Positions 50,853 to 62,837 of a DNA stretch of 64,000 nt are shown here, piece after piece. Within the stretch, counting starts at the first letter, position 1, and each line of letters starts with the position of its first letter. Source of the stretch: Octopus sinensis (taxonomy: Eukaryota); NCBI RefSeq assembly GCF_006345805.1, contig NC_043002.1, positions 112,654,001 to 112,718,000 on the forward strand. The letters run 5' to 3'. The translations under genes were made by a program, and so were the position numbers. The notes below the pieces were generated by a model that saw only the letters and a list, made by a program, of their open reading frames with translations, did no database searches and was not told the origin of the DNA.

Positions 50853-51237
50853 GGAAGCACTCCGTCGGTTACGACGACGTGGGTTCCGGTTGATCCGAAT
50901 CAACGGAACAGCCTGCTCGTGAAGTTAATGTGCAAGTGGCTGAGCACTCTACAGACACGTGTACCCTTAACGTAGTTCTCGGGGATATTCAGCGTGACAC
51001 AGAGAGTGACAAGGCCGGCCCCTTGAAATACAGGTACAACAGAAACAGGAAGTAAGAATGAGAGAAAGTTTTGGCGAAAGAGTACAGCAGGGTTCGCCAG
51101 CACCCCCTGCCGGAACATCGTGGAGCTTTAGGTGTTTTCGCTCAATAAACACTCACAACGCCCTGTCTGGGAATCGAAACCACGATCCTACGACCGCGAT
51201 TCCGCTGCCCTAACCACTGGGTCATTGCGCCTCCTAT
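50853..51237 (-). mobile_element. SINE family B, full length, more diverged
   Basis: TSD CGTGCATATGT at 50842-50852 and 51238-51248. Confidence 0.93.
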
Positions 51238-51622
51238 CGTGCATATGTATGTGCGAGTGCGTATGTATTCCAAGTTACTTGCTTAATAAGCAGCTTAATA
51301 CTCAAGTACTTATTGAAACTAACACAATGGCAACGTGTTATATTTCTTGTAACCATTTAGAACACACACACTCACATACGCTTGTAATCATATTTTTGTA
51401 CTAATACAGCGACATAACTAAAGTTAAATCGAGTGTCTACCATGTCGTAGATCTAAGTCTTTGATGCTTAATAGAATGGGATATAAATACAAAATGAAGC
51501 AAAACTGAACATAAAAGTATAGACAAAAATAAATATAATTCCAGCCGACTGACGAATATTTTCTTTTTTATAGTTGCCATGAAACCTCGCGACGCAATTG
51601 CTATAAACATATATGGATATAT

Positions 51623-51921
51623 CATGTGTGATCATGTGACCAACCAGACCATCAGATGTTGTTACACATCGCTGGTCACAATGCGTTCGCATTGTTTTAG
51701 CCTTCGAATGACGCCACCCCGCTGGCTAAGCGAGCAGGCCAACAGAAGAAAGAGTGGTGAAAGAGTACAGCAGGGATCATCACCATCCCCTGCCGGAGCC
51801 TCGTGGAGCTTTTAAGTGTTTTCGCTCAATAAACACACACAACGCCCGGTCTGGGAATGGAAACCGCGATACCGCGACCGTGAGTCCGCTGCCCTAACCA
51901 CTGGGCCCATTGCGCCTCCAC
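51623..51921 (-). mobile_element. SINE with family-B head and 5' body but an unrelated 3' tail ending in CACATGAT repeats
   Basis: Family B sequence runs from the head to CTGTACTCTTTCACCAC, then switches to TCTTTCTTCTGTTGGCCTGCTCGCTTAGCC...GGTCACATGATCACACATGAT; the whole unit is bounded by the 12-bp TSD ATATGGATATAT (51611-51622, 51922-51933). Confidence 0.88.
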
Positions 51922-51924
51922 ATA

Positions 51925-51927
51925 TGG

Positions 51928-51959
<32 letters not shown>

Positions 51960-51963
51960 TATA

Positions 51964-52006
<43 letters not shown>

Positions 52007-52010
52007 AGAT

Positions 52011-52087
<77 letters not shown>

Positions 52088-52113
52088 TATATAATCATAT
52101 ATATATATATATA

Positions 52114-52190
<77 letters not shown>

Positions 52191-52224
52191 ATATATATAT
52201 ATTAATATATATATACATATATAT
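51925..52224. repeat. ~300-bp (TA)n tract
   Basis: Directly visible. Confidence 0.97.
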
Positions 52225-52365
52225 TATAAGTAAAATAGTAAAGTGTGAAAAACGACAGAAGGCTTAATGTTAAAAAATATATAATTTGTGTCAAAATGTC
52301 TGGAGAATATTGGAAAAATTTTTTTTTTTCCCTTTCCTAAAATGACATAATTTAAAAATTTTTTT

Positions 52366-52405
52366 AAGAAATTACCGGTTTCGCGTGTAGCTTTTCAAAT
52401 TTCTT
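52366..52405 (-). ncRNA. Candidate minimal type I hammerhead ribozyme (U3-A8 variant) in the PLE repeat
   Basis: AAGAAAU / UUGAAAA / GC-UACAC-GC / GAAA-C-CG-G-U-A / AUUUCUU: 7-bp stem I, core with U3-A8, 2-bp stem II, palindromic ACCGGU stem III. Confidence 0.6.
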
Positions 52406-53765
52406 GTGACGTTATGTTATATTGCAATGGAATTATCGTTGTTTTTATTTCCAGGAGATTTCTAAATAAGGGGAGGTAGTGAGTGATTTTTTCCGGTATA
52501 GGGGAGATAATCGCTTAAAATTTTTTTTCCTTTTTCCTTGTTAATTTCTCTGTGTCAGTATGTTCGGATGGTTGAGTCTGGGTTTGTACTTTTCAATGAA
52601 GAATGTTCCTTGTTCAGTCTCATTGTGTTGATGATCCGAAAGCACATTGGTAAAATGGGAAGATTAAAAATTGTGGCAGTAGTTGCTTTGCGCATTTCTC
52701 AATGTGCTCACTAAAAGGTATCATTCTATATTCTGGGAATGCAATCTGTTGTCGATGCAGTGTGCATCTGCGCCTGAGTGATAGTCCCGTGGAACCCACG
52801 TAGTCTTGGTGGCGACCCCGAGCATTTAATAACATAAATTATGTTTTCAGAGGCACAAGTAAAGTTAGATTGATCTTAAATTTCTGTCTCTCTTTAAAGA
52901 AGAATTCTGATCCTTCCAATAGGTTAGGACATGTTGCACAGTTCGATCTACCACATTTTTTTACTTTTGCATCCGTAATTTTAGAAGACAATTTTGCCTT
53001 TGTGAGAATCTTTTTAAGTGATTTAGGCTGTTTGTAGCTTTTAATGATTTGGTGTATGTTTAGAATTTCCTTTAATTTGGGTTTTTATGAAGTATTGGTA
53101 AATTCTGGGTGATGATGGTGAAGGCTTCTTTGTTTCTGGGGTTGTATGTAGATATGTAAGGTAGTATTTTCGGGGAAGGTGTGTTGTTGTGTTGAACTTT
53201 TCTTAAAGTTTCTATTTGATTTCTGTTGCACGTCTGATCCCATCCTCTATGAGTTGAGCTGGGTAATGTCTGTCAATTAGGTTGTTTGAGTTCTTGCAGT
53301 CTAAGTTCCTGGTATTTTGTTCTGACACTATTGTGCATATCCTTCTTGCAAGGTTGAAGGGGATGTTTGTTTTAGTGTGTCTTGGGTGGCATGAATAAAA
53401 AGAAGGTATTGTTTGGCGTCTGTGGCTTGTAAAAAATGTCTGTTTCTATTTTAAGGTTAATTTTTTTAATTAGTATATCCAAGAACGGGAGCTCCTTTTG
53501 GTTGTATTCCATTGTGAACTGTATATTTGGGTTTATGCTGTTCAATAGGTTTTTAAATTTTAGGAGTTTATCTATGTTTTCATTCCAGAGAATGAAACAA
53601 TCGTCTAGGAATCGTTTCCAATTCTCTTTTATGTATTGAGAGAGGGAGTTTCCAAGCGATTATCCCCCCTACACCGGAAAAAATCACTCACTACCTCCAC
53701 TTATTTAGAAATCTCCTGGAAATAAAAACAACGATAATTCCATGCAATATAAACATAACGTCACC

Positions 53766-53803
53766 AGAAATTTGAAAAGCTACACGCGAAACCGGTAATT
53801 TCT
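53766..53803 (+). ncRNA. Second copy of the candidate hammerhead ribozyme, in the inverted repeat
   Basis: AGAAAU UUGAAAA GC UACAC GC GAAAC CG GU A AUUUCU; core identical to 52366-52405. Confidence 0.6.
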
Positions 53804-54074
53804 TTAAAAATTTTTAAATTATGTCATTTTAAGGAAAGGAAAAAAAATTTTTCCAATATTCTCCAGACATTTTGACACAAATATATATATTTTTTAACAT
53901 TTAAGCCTTCTGTCGTTTTTTCACATTTACTTTTCTTATATATTCACCCACGTGCTTTACCAAACAAACTTTCTTATCTATATATATATATATATTATAT
54001 ATATATAAAATGTGTGTGTGTGTGTAATTGTTATAAGCATATACATATATATACATACACACTCATATGTATGT

Positions 54075-54165
54075 ATGTGATGGATGGATGGATGGATGGA
54101 TGGATGGATGGATGGATGGATGGACGGATGGACGGATGGACGGATGGACGGACGGATGTATGTAA
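54075..54165. repeat. (GGAT)n/(GGAC)n microsatellite
   Basis: Directly visible. Confidence 0.95.
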
Positions 54166-54959
54166 GTATGTATGCATGCATGTATGTAAAACTTCTTTAC
54201 ATCACAAATCTGATTTTCTTGTTGGCAGTTATTCAAACGATTGAAGTAGAGAGGCAGCGTGACTGTATATAAGGAAAAATATTCACTAAAGCATCGGAAT
54301 ATCTTTATGTTTTCATTGGCAATCAATCAAATCATTATGATTGTTTAGTTGTCCAAGAAAATGCATTTCGCATTCCTTTATACAGAAAGTGTTCTGTTTT
54401 TATCTAGTCGCGTCCAAAAATACTAAATCTATTCTTGAATGGGCGAACGAAGTTTTAGAGTTAATGAATAAATAAATGGTTACTTTTAATTATATAATCG
54501 CATTTCTAATCATAGCAAAACCATTTAATAAGTAACTATTTTGGTCAGTTGGTAGATTCACAATATAGCGTATATATCAACCTTTGAAATTTTGAAGGAA
54601 TGGTTTTCTTTATTTATTACTAATTTTTTTTTTAAGTGTTTATGTGGTACACTTTCCAAGTGGCAAAGGTCATACTTACAACCATTAATGTAAGATACAT
54701 GTTTTGTAATAATTTACTGTTGTTAATTATATCAGCCTCAAAAGTCCAGATACGTATGGTCAGTGAAATTGTGAGGCAGATTTCTAGGTATTTAGATGCA
54801 TATGTCACATGATCTGAGTGAACAGAGGAGGATATCACATATTCTGCACATGACAATAAAAAAGAGGAACAGGTAATGCATTTCAGAATGCTTTCTTGCT
54901 AAGTAAATGCATCTCGAAGATAAATAATAGTGCATTGTATTTGCAAATATTTATGCTTA

Positions 54960-55155
54960 TGTATGTATATATATATTTTCCTCTGTCTTCCCTTCCCTGG
55001 ATCTTTCCTTCTCCTATGTTTCCGACGAAGAGCTCCGCTCGAAACGTTAGACCCTCCTTCTTTCCTTCTTTCCTGAGCGTCCAATAATACTATATTTGTT
55101 CCACGTCCTCGCGTTGTTGTTTTTTATGTGCTTTCTTGTTTGGATTAACTTTATA
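54960..55155 (+). mobile_element. Probable solo PLE terminal-repeat fragment with a hammerhead-like motif
   Basis: CCGACGA-A-GAGC-TCC-GCTC-GAAAC-GTT at 55022-55048, between TA-rich tracts; no coding sequence. Confidence 0.45.
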
Positions 55156-55182
55156 TAATATATAGTTATATATATAATATAT

Positions 55183-55229
<47 letters not shown>

Positions 55230-55452
55230 TACATATATTTATATACGTATATGTATGTATATGTATATGCATATATATATATATATATGAACATTATGAT
55301 ATATATAAACATATATATATATATATATATACATATATGTATAATATACGTATATAATATATATATATATACATATACATATATGATATATATATATATA
55401 GATACATAATATATATATATATATACTATATATATATATATATACATATACT

Positions 55453-55517
<65 letters not shown>

Positions 55518-55923
55518 ACCTATATCTATCTATATATATATATATAACATTAAAAACACATTTATCCGTATGTATACATATAATGCGCTCTACTGAACCA
55601 GAAAGTAACAAAAGTAAGTCAGTCAAAAACGTCTCTTTGTTCTATTATGTCTCTTTGAAGGTTCAGATGATTATAAAGTCTCAGATAATTGATATTGTTT
55701 TATTGTTTTTTTCTGTCACAACAAACTATGTGCTGTTTAGATAAGCAATGAAATAAGGACAGACGAAAATGCTATGTGAAGTAAGTTTACGCTCTTATCA
55801 GATAATTGTATCGGTCGGATAGGAAGGGGACACGTCTTCAGCTGGAGAGGAATTACGATAATTTCTTCCTTAAATTCCAGTTGTACCACTGTCTTCAAAT
55901 ATTTGTTTAATTATATGTATTTA

Positions 55924-55963
<40 letters not shown>

Positions 55964-56008
55964 TACACACATATATATATATAGATATATATATATACAC
56001 ACACCAAC

Positions 56009-56085
<77 letters not shown>

Positions 56086-56092
56086 TATATAC

Positions 56093-56130
<38 letters not shown>

Positions 56131-56245
56131 AAACATACACATATATATATAGAGATATATATATATATACACACACATAAATAATATATATATATAAACA
56201 TGTACATACATATATACATATATATGTATGTATAAATGAGTGTAT

Positions 56246-56282
<37 letters not shown>

Positions 56283-56310
56283 CATATACATATATATAGA
56301 TAGATAGATA
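55155..56310. repeat. Two long (TA)n-rich tracts (55155-55545, 55915-56310)
   Basis: Directly visible. Confidence 0.95.
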
Positions 56311-57623
56311 CTTTAAACAGCAATGTCCAACCGCAGACATACTCGCATAGTTACATTTGTAAAATAGTTATATAAATAAATAACTTTTGAATGGCCTCCG
56401 CACGAGAGACCAATTTCAAAAGGAAAAAAGTATTTTTTAAAAAACATATAAAAGAAAAATAAATACATTAGGATATGTAGCAAATTCTATGTATATTAAT
56501 CATTATCACCAAAGCTGTGTGCTCCCATGAAAGTTTTCGGTAAATCTGTTAATAAGTTTTGAAAAATTAAAATGAAACAAAAAAATAATTAGAAAATATA
56601 TAGGAATATTCCATACTAATAATGATCAAAGCCGTCCCAACATTCTAGCGTGAATAAAGCAATTATACCGAGAAACCCTTTCTGCTATTTCTTTTTATTT
56701 ATATAATATCTTTTATTTCTTTATTCTTTATTCACTCCATTTCCTTTTCTCTAGCTTTACTTTCGCTTTTACTTTCTCTACTTCGTCTGTTTTGTTTTGT
56801 ATTTTACCTCCGTTGGGAAATATTTGTTATTTGCGGGGGTAGGTGGGATGAAGTACATACGTCTTCTTTCCACTTCCTCTCCTGAAAAAGGCAGTAGATA
56901 AAGCAAGAAATACTGCAGTGTTTATGTGTATAGTGAGAGTTCGATGAAATTACTTTAATTATGAATCTAATCAAGAGATTTCTTCAGCACACACCCTCCT
57001 CTGTTTCTCTCCATTTCTCTGTCTCTTTATTTGTCTTCATCTCTCTATCTCCTTTATTTTTATAATATATTTTTATTTTTATATATATATTTTATATTTT
57101 TATATATATATTTATATAATATATTTTTCGTTTATTTGTATTTTAAAATTTCTTTTGTCATCATTTTTAAACATTTTTTTTTCTTTTAAGGAAGTAACTT
57201 TGGGGAATTTTCCAGAATATAGTGAAATACATTAATTAAAAGCTGCGACAAAAGAAGCCAGTTGAAAATTCAACAACATACATTTATGTTATTCACTTAA
57301 GTCGATTGAAAATATAAAAAATAATTATCGTAAATAAGGTAAGTAGTTGTATCTTACATTTTATGTCCTAATGCATTAGTCTATAGGGGTCATCAACACG
57401 TTGAACAAGGGAACAAAGGTCTAATGCACCTGTGAAAATTTTAAATAGCTCATAAATAGCTTTGAGAATGGAGATGTTTGTTGGAATGTACTTAAAATTT
57501 CTTCGTCAGAATCATCACATTTACGAAGAGATGAGTAATTTCGAAATGCCAATTACCACAAGAGTTTTAATTTTTTGTCGGTTAAACCCGTTGTGGTACT
57601 TGTCACGGTATATACTCACATAA

Positions 57624-57854
57624 GGCGGCGAGCTGGCAGAAACGTTAGCACGCCGGATGAAATGCTTAGCGGTATTTCGTCTGTCGTTACGTTGTGAGTT
57701 CAAATTCCGCTGAGGTTGACTTTGCCTTTCATCCTTTCGGGGTCGATAAATTAAGTACCAGTTACGCACTGGGGTCGATGTAATCGACTTAATACCTATG
57801 TCTGTCCTTGTTTGTCCCCTCTATGTTTAGCCCCTTGTGGGTAATAAAGAAATA
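57624..57854 (+). mobile_element. CORE-type tRNA-derived SINE, full length
   Basis: Head GGCGGCGAGCTGGCAGAAACG, B-box GAGTTCAAATTCC, core GACTTTGCCTTTCATCCTTTCGGGGTCGATAAATTAAGTACC; 17-bp TSD GGTATATACTCACATAA at 57607-57623 and 57855-57871. Confidence 0.95.
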
Positions 57855-58004
57855 GGTATATACTCACATAAATACACTCACACACACACACACACAGACA
57901 TACACACATACACTCTCACACACACTTACACACGTATGTACATATATATATATTCCCTTTCTTAGCCTTCATTCTTTCGGGTTTCCTTTTCTTCTACCTT
58001 ACTG

Positions 58005-58051
<47 letters not shown>

Positions 58052-58329
58052 CTTCATTCTTTCTGGTTTTCTCTACAACCATTCCCTTTTTTCTCTCCCT
58101 TTCTCTTGCTCCTCCTCCTCCCTCCCGTCGTTGACCCGCGACGAGAACTCTGCTACTGTCTTTCTGACCTGGCTTCCTTCAAGTGTAGACGGCATTTTCT
58201 GTGGCTCCTTCGCCGTTCTCAAAAATAGCGTTCGTAATATTTTATCTCGTTCGGCTTAACAGCCCTTCTTGTCTGTGTTACTGTTATTCTCCTTGTCCTG
58301 TCTTTTACTGTTTATATTTTGTACTGTCG

Positions 58330-58720
58330 TTACTGTCCTGTTTTTGTTACCATTTCTACCCCTCCGCAAAAAAATCTCAAATTTTATTTAATTTGCTTTT
58401 CGCGGGAAGGAAAGTTTCATTAAAGTCGTGTCTCGCCTTGACTTTCGAAACGCGGAGTAGATGAAACAAAGGCGACCGAAGAAGGGGAATTTCCCTTGTA
58501 TTGTATGTCCTGTACTCCATTTTTTCGTTGTTTAAGAAAAATGTCCATTTCCTTGGTTTTGTGTTTGTTTTCGTTTCTCATTGTGTTCGACGTTTTTTTG
58601 GTGTCCTGTATCCATATATGCATGTATATATACATGTAGAGGTAGGTACGGACATATATGTATATATAATGCATATGTTTTTTATTTATTAATTTATTAT
58701 ATGACGGAACGCACGCATCC
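58330..58720. mobile_element. Possible PLE terminal-repeat-like fragment
   Basis: Contains TTCGAAACGCG and CCGAAGAAGGGGAATTTCCCTT motifs reminiscent of PLE ends and abuts TA/TC tracts; no coding support. Confidence 0.3.
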
Positions 58721-58749
58721 ATTTCTAAGTAAGATTGTCCTTTCTCTCT

Positions 58750-58791
<42 letters not shown>

Positions 58792-58795
58792 ATAT

Positions 58796-58826
<31 letters not shown>

Positions 58827-58947
58827 CAGACACAAACATGGATATATATGCACAGGAATATTCACCAATAGCAGGTGCATCTAACTGACACACAGCACAG
58901 CACACATTCACATCCATATACACATACACACAGCACAGCACACATTC

Positions 58948-59013
<66 letters not shown>

Positions 59014-59449
59014 GCATACAGATATACATCTGTATGTATATAGTATGTATTGAGTCGTTGCTGTTAAAATGAAAGTTGTTGACAGCTATGCGAGAGAATA
59101 TTACAAAATGTCGATCTATCATGAATAAAATTCTGACCCAGGGAAATAGAATATTGAAATTGCAAGTCGGATGAGAAACTTTGTGTTATTTGTCCCAGCA
59201 TTCTGGGCTCCGAATCCTTACGTAGGAGACTTAATTCATCACTCACTTTAATGCAATCACCCCTCGTTCTTGAGAGCCTTTCTCGAAGTTCACACTATTG
59301 CCAAAGTTTGGGTTACATTTCTGGTTTGAATAAAGCTACCTTTCTACTCTTCATTAGCTTCCGAGCCCAAAACAGGCAAAGAACGATGGGTACACACCTT
59401 TCCACATTGACGAAGGATAAAAAAAATTTCGAAACCATAATAGATAGAT

Positions 59450-59469
59450 ATTTAGATAGATAGATAGAT

Positions 59470-59538
<69 letters not shown>

Positions 59539-59641
59539 GCAGGCAGGCAGGCAGGCAGGCAGACAGACAGACAGACAGACAGACAGGTAGGTAGGTAGGT
59601 AGGTAGGTAGGTAGGTAGATAGATAGAGAGAGAGAGAGGGG

Positions 59642-59698
<57 letters not shown>

Positions 59699-59703
59699 GG
59701 ATG

Positions 59704-59765
<62 letters not shown>

Positions 59766-59785
59766 GAGATAGATAGATAGATAAT
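59450..59785. repeat. (GATA)n/(GACA)n/(GGCA)n/(GGTA)n compound tract
   Basis: Directly visible. Confidence 0.97.
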
Positions 59786-59962
59786 CAGATACACACGCAC
59801 ACATATAAGAAAAATAGGATGACAACAACAGGCAGTTTTTGCTTTTTTGTTCCCTATACATGTTTCGCAATTGTAGCTACTTGCATCTTCGGCAGTGCTG
59901 GTTCATAGTCTATTTATTTGCAGACTTGGAACTGTTTTTCAGAGAAACTCTTTATTACATTA

Positions 59963-60354
59963 CTAGCAGTATCGCCCGGCGTTGCTCGGGTTTGTAAGGG
60001 AAATAACTATATAAGCATTTTTAGAGATGTAAAGTATAATAGCCATCTCAATATGGCTAACCACAAAGGGGATGGGTGTTACTGTAGCTTTTTACGTTCT
60101 GAGATTTAATAATACATTTTTTAGAGAGTTACTTACCTTATATGAGCCAAAAATGCATGGGAAAAATTGATGGTAAATTTTTTTTTAAATCGTAGACTCA
60201 TCGTAGACGCGCGCTAATACCCAGAAGGGCCCGATATGAATCACGACTATACGATACCCGATTTTGGTTAAACTGCACCGCAAAATGTGGGAGTAGTTAG
60301 GAATCTAAATCGTAGGAGACAGACAGCACACAACCTCACTTTTATATATAAAGA
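59963..60354 (-). mobile_element. Non-autonomous Helitron, copy 3
   Basis: A|TCTTTATATATAAAAGTGAG ... CCCGAGCAACGCCGGG ... CTAG|T. Confidence 0.93.
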
Positions 60355-60740
60355 TGTAAACATAGAACAGATGCTTATCATAAGAGAAGTCTTTTTTTTT
60401 TTTTTTAAATGTTGAGATAAAGGAGAAAGAGAGATATAGCAAAGGGGAAAAAGTAAAGGGAAAAAATGAAACAGAGAGGGGAAGAAAAAGCATAAAAAGA
60501 AACGGGCAAGAAAGAGAGATAATACAGATTGGGAGTAATAGCAGAGTCAGCTTTGGTTAGGTTTTAAGGTAGAAATCTGGTAAGTGCCTTGGAATTGAAG
60601 TAGTGAAACAGTTATATACATCCAAGAATACAAACAGATAAATTGGTAATGACTTTACATTTGTTAGAGAACGCGATTTTCTGACTTTCTTGTAAATGGT
60701 GTCAGCTTAATATATCCCATTCATCTAGGTGTACATAAAA

Positions 60741-61142
60741 CTAGCAGTATCGCCCGGCGTTGCTCGGGTTTGTAAGGGAAATAACTATATAAGCATTTTT
60801 AGAGAGTTATAGCCAAAAAGTAGCAAAAAAATGCATTAAAAATGGAAACAAAATGATGGTAAATTTTTTTAAAATCGTTGACTCATCGTAGACATTTTTA
60901 GAGAGTTACTTCCCTTATATAATAGCGAAAAAAATGCATTCAAATGGAAAAAAATGATGGTAATTTTTTTTTTAAATCGTAGACTTATCGTAGACGCGTG
61001 CAAATACCCAGAAGGGCTCGATATGAATCACGACTATAAGATACCCGAATTTGGTTAAACTGCACCGCAAAATGTGGGAGGAGTTAGGAATCTAAATCGT
61101 AGGAGACAGACATTCACACAACTACAGTTTTATATATATAGA
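60741..61142 (-). mobile_element. Non-autonomous Helitron, copy 4 (structural variant)
   Basis: Same termini; internal ~95-bp segment is tandemly duplicated (~60795-60893 and ~60894-60994) and replaces the GATGTAAAG..AATAAAT block. Confidence 0.92.
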
Positions 61143-61716
61143 TTTGTAAATGCGCCAACAACTAGGTGGCTGTAATTCAGGCGGACAAAATGGAAGAGGT
61201 GTTGCCCCGGAGGCTGGCAAGGGAGAATAACTGGAACAGCCACTATCTGTAACTCACGGGGCTAACAATTTTGAAGTAACATCGTGTATTAAAGAATATA
61301 CTCGGCCACAGTACGGTTCCTAGTCCTTTTATTTTTGCTTTTCGCCATACTCAAGTAATGGTTTTCCAATATACTGCCATTGTTTGCGTATCTCTAGTTG
61401 GTTTTCATAATATTTATAACAGGCGGAATATTGGTACGTTTTTTATCCATCAGCTGGTAATTTCTTATCTTGGATACTCCATTTTTACAGCAGGTGAGTG
61501 TATTTTAGATACTGTTGGGTGTTCTCCTATTGGAGTTTAAATTACCCTTTATGATATTCCTAAAGGTGAAACGATTGTTTGTTTTGTGTTGTTTTCCTTT
61601 ACCTGCATTATTTTATTCGTTTCTTTTTTATGGTTCTTCTTATTCGATGTCATATCATGCGTATCGTTTATAGTTTTATTGATTAGAGTTTTTAATTCAG
61701 TGCGCCAATGTATTTG

Positions 61717-62107
61717 GTGGAGGCGCAATGGCCCAGTGGTTAGGGTAGCGGACTCGCGGTCATAGGATCGCGGTTTCGATTCCCAGACCGGGCGTTGTAA
61801 GTGTTTATTGAGCGAAAACACCTAAAAGCTCCACGAGGCTCCGGCAGGGGGTGGTGGTGTCCCTGCTGTACTCTTTCACCACAACTTTCTCTCACTCTTA
61901 CTTCCTGTTTCTGTTGTACCTTGTATTTCAAGGGGCCGGCCTTGTCACTCTCTGTGTCACGCTGAATATCCCCGAGAACTACGTTAAGGGTGCACGTGTC
62001 TGTGGAGTGTTCAGCCACTTACACGTTAATTTCACGAGCAGGCTGTTCCGTTGATCGGATCAACCGGAACCCTCGTCGTCGTAACCGACGGAGTGCTCCT
62101 ACTACTA
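61717..62107 (+). mobile_element. SINE family B, full length, (CTA)n tail
   Basis: TSD CAATGTATTTG at 61706-61716 and 62108-62118. Confidence 0.95.
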
Positions 62108-62199
62108 CAATGTATTTGATCAGATTAAAATTATTTGAAAGGTTAAAGAAATACTTGAAGTTGCAGAACATAAAAAAATGACTGATTAAGCTACTAGTG

Positions 62200-62760
62200 C
62201 TAATAGAGGCTGTTACTAATTATACTGAAGATCTGCTAGAACTTTTATTTCTCCTGAAAAATGAATCAGCACCAGGATTCAAAGCTTCGAAAAGTCGCCT
62301 GACGCTTCTTCTGCAAGAAATGGCCACTTCTGGGTGAAGATCAACATATCAGATGCTGGGAATAACATAACTGAGCCATGGGATGAAATAAAACCCTCAA
62401 ATTTCAATGGTGTTTGGAAAGAATATATGGCCATAATGTATCTTTACAAGTTCTTTACAAGCAGAAAATCTTCATCAAATTCGAAAAGATGTGATACCGG
62501 CAAAAGATGTAGTTTTGATGAGGTCATAGATGAAGTGGTTGACTCGTTAGTGTACCATAGAGAAAGATTATCTAATGAGGAAGCTGATGCTGTTAGAACA
62601 GGAACAAAGTGAAAATACAGATGAGAATAAGGAAATTCCACCAGCTCCAATTAAATTTTCTGCAAAGTATTGCTGAAGGTTTGGCACTTCTAGAGGATAA
62701 TCTGCTTATGTTTCCTGATAACGACTCCAATTGTGAACGATCCTAAGCTTCTTAAACTTC
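62200..62760 (+). mobile_element. pogo/Tigger-type transposase relic with internal deletion
   Basis: LKNESAPGFKASKSRLTLLL (~62252-62312) resembles the Tigger motif PGFKASKDRLTLLL; DAGNNITEPWDEIKPSNFNGVWKE and DEVVDSLVYHRERLSNEE resemble the Tigger C-terminus; most of the DDE core is missing. Confidence 0.78.
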
Positions 62761-62837
62761 ACAGGTAATTTTAAAAAATACATAAAGTGTATGAGCTCCA
62801 TTCCTGCGCAGAGTTTATACGCTTTAAGCATTAAACT

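Larger units (their letters stand above)
52225..53940 (-). mobile_element. 5'-truncated Penelope-like element with inverted terminal repeat (pLTR) copies
   Basis: Minus body encodes WKRFLDDCFILW..INPNIQFTMEY...LPFLDI (RT C-terminus) and GIY-YIG (YVGSTGLSLRRRCTLHR, ORF 52620..52835); 52225-52516 is the reverse complement of 53654-53940. Confidence 0.93.

Noticed and set aside
58425-58500. GAAACGCG and CCGAAGA-AGGGG..CCCTT as a permuted hammerhead
   Set aside because: No NUH triplet and no consistent stems in any topology.
7357-62054. Recurrent short ORFs such as MVVIPAVLFHHNF.., MFIERKHLKLHE.. and MPRSGTEPGTMWLVSK..
   Set aside because: Chance frames inside SINE families A and B; they recur because the SINE recurs.
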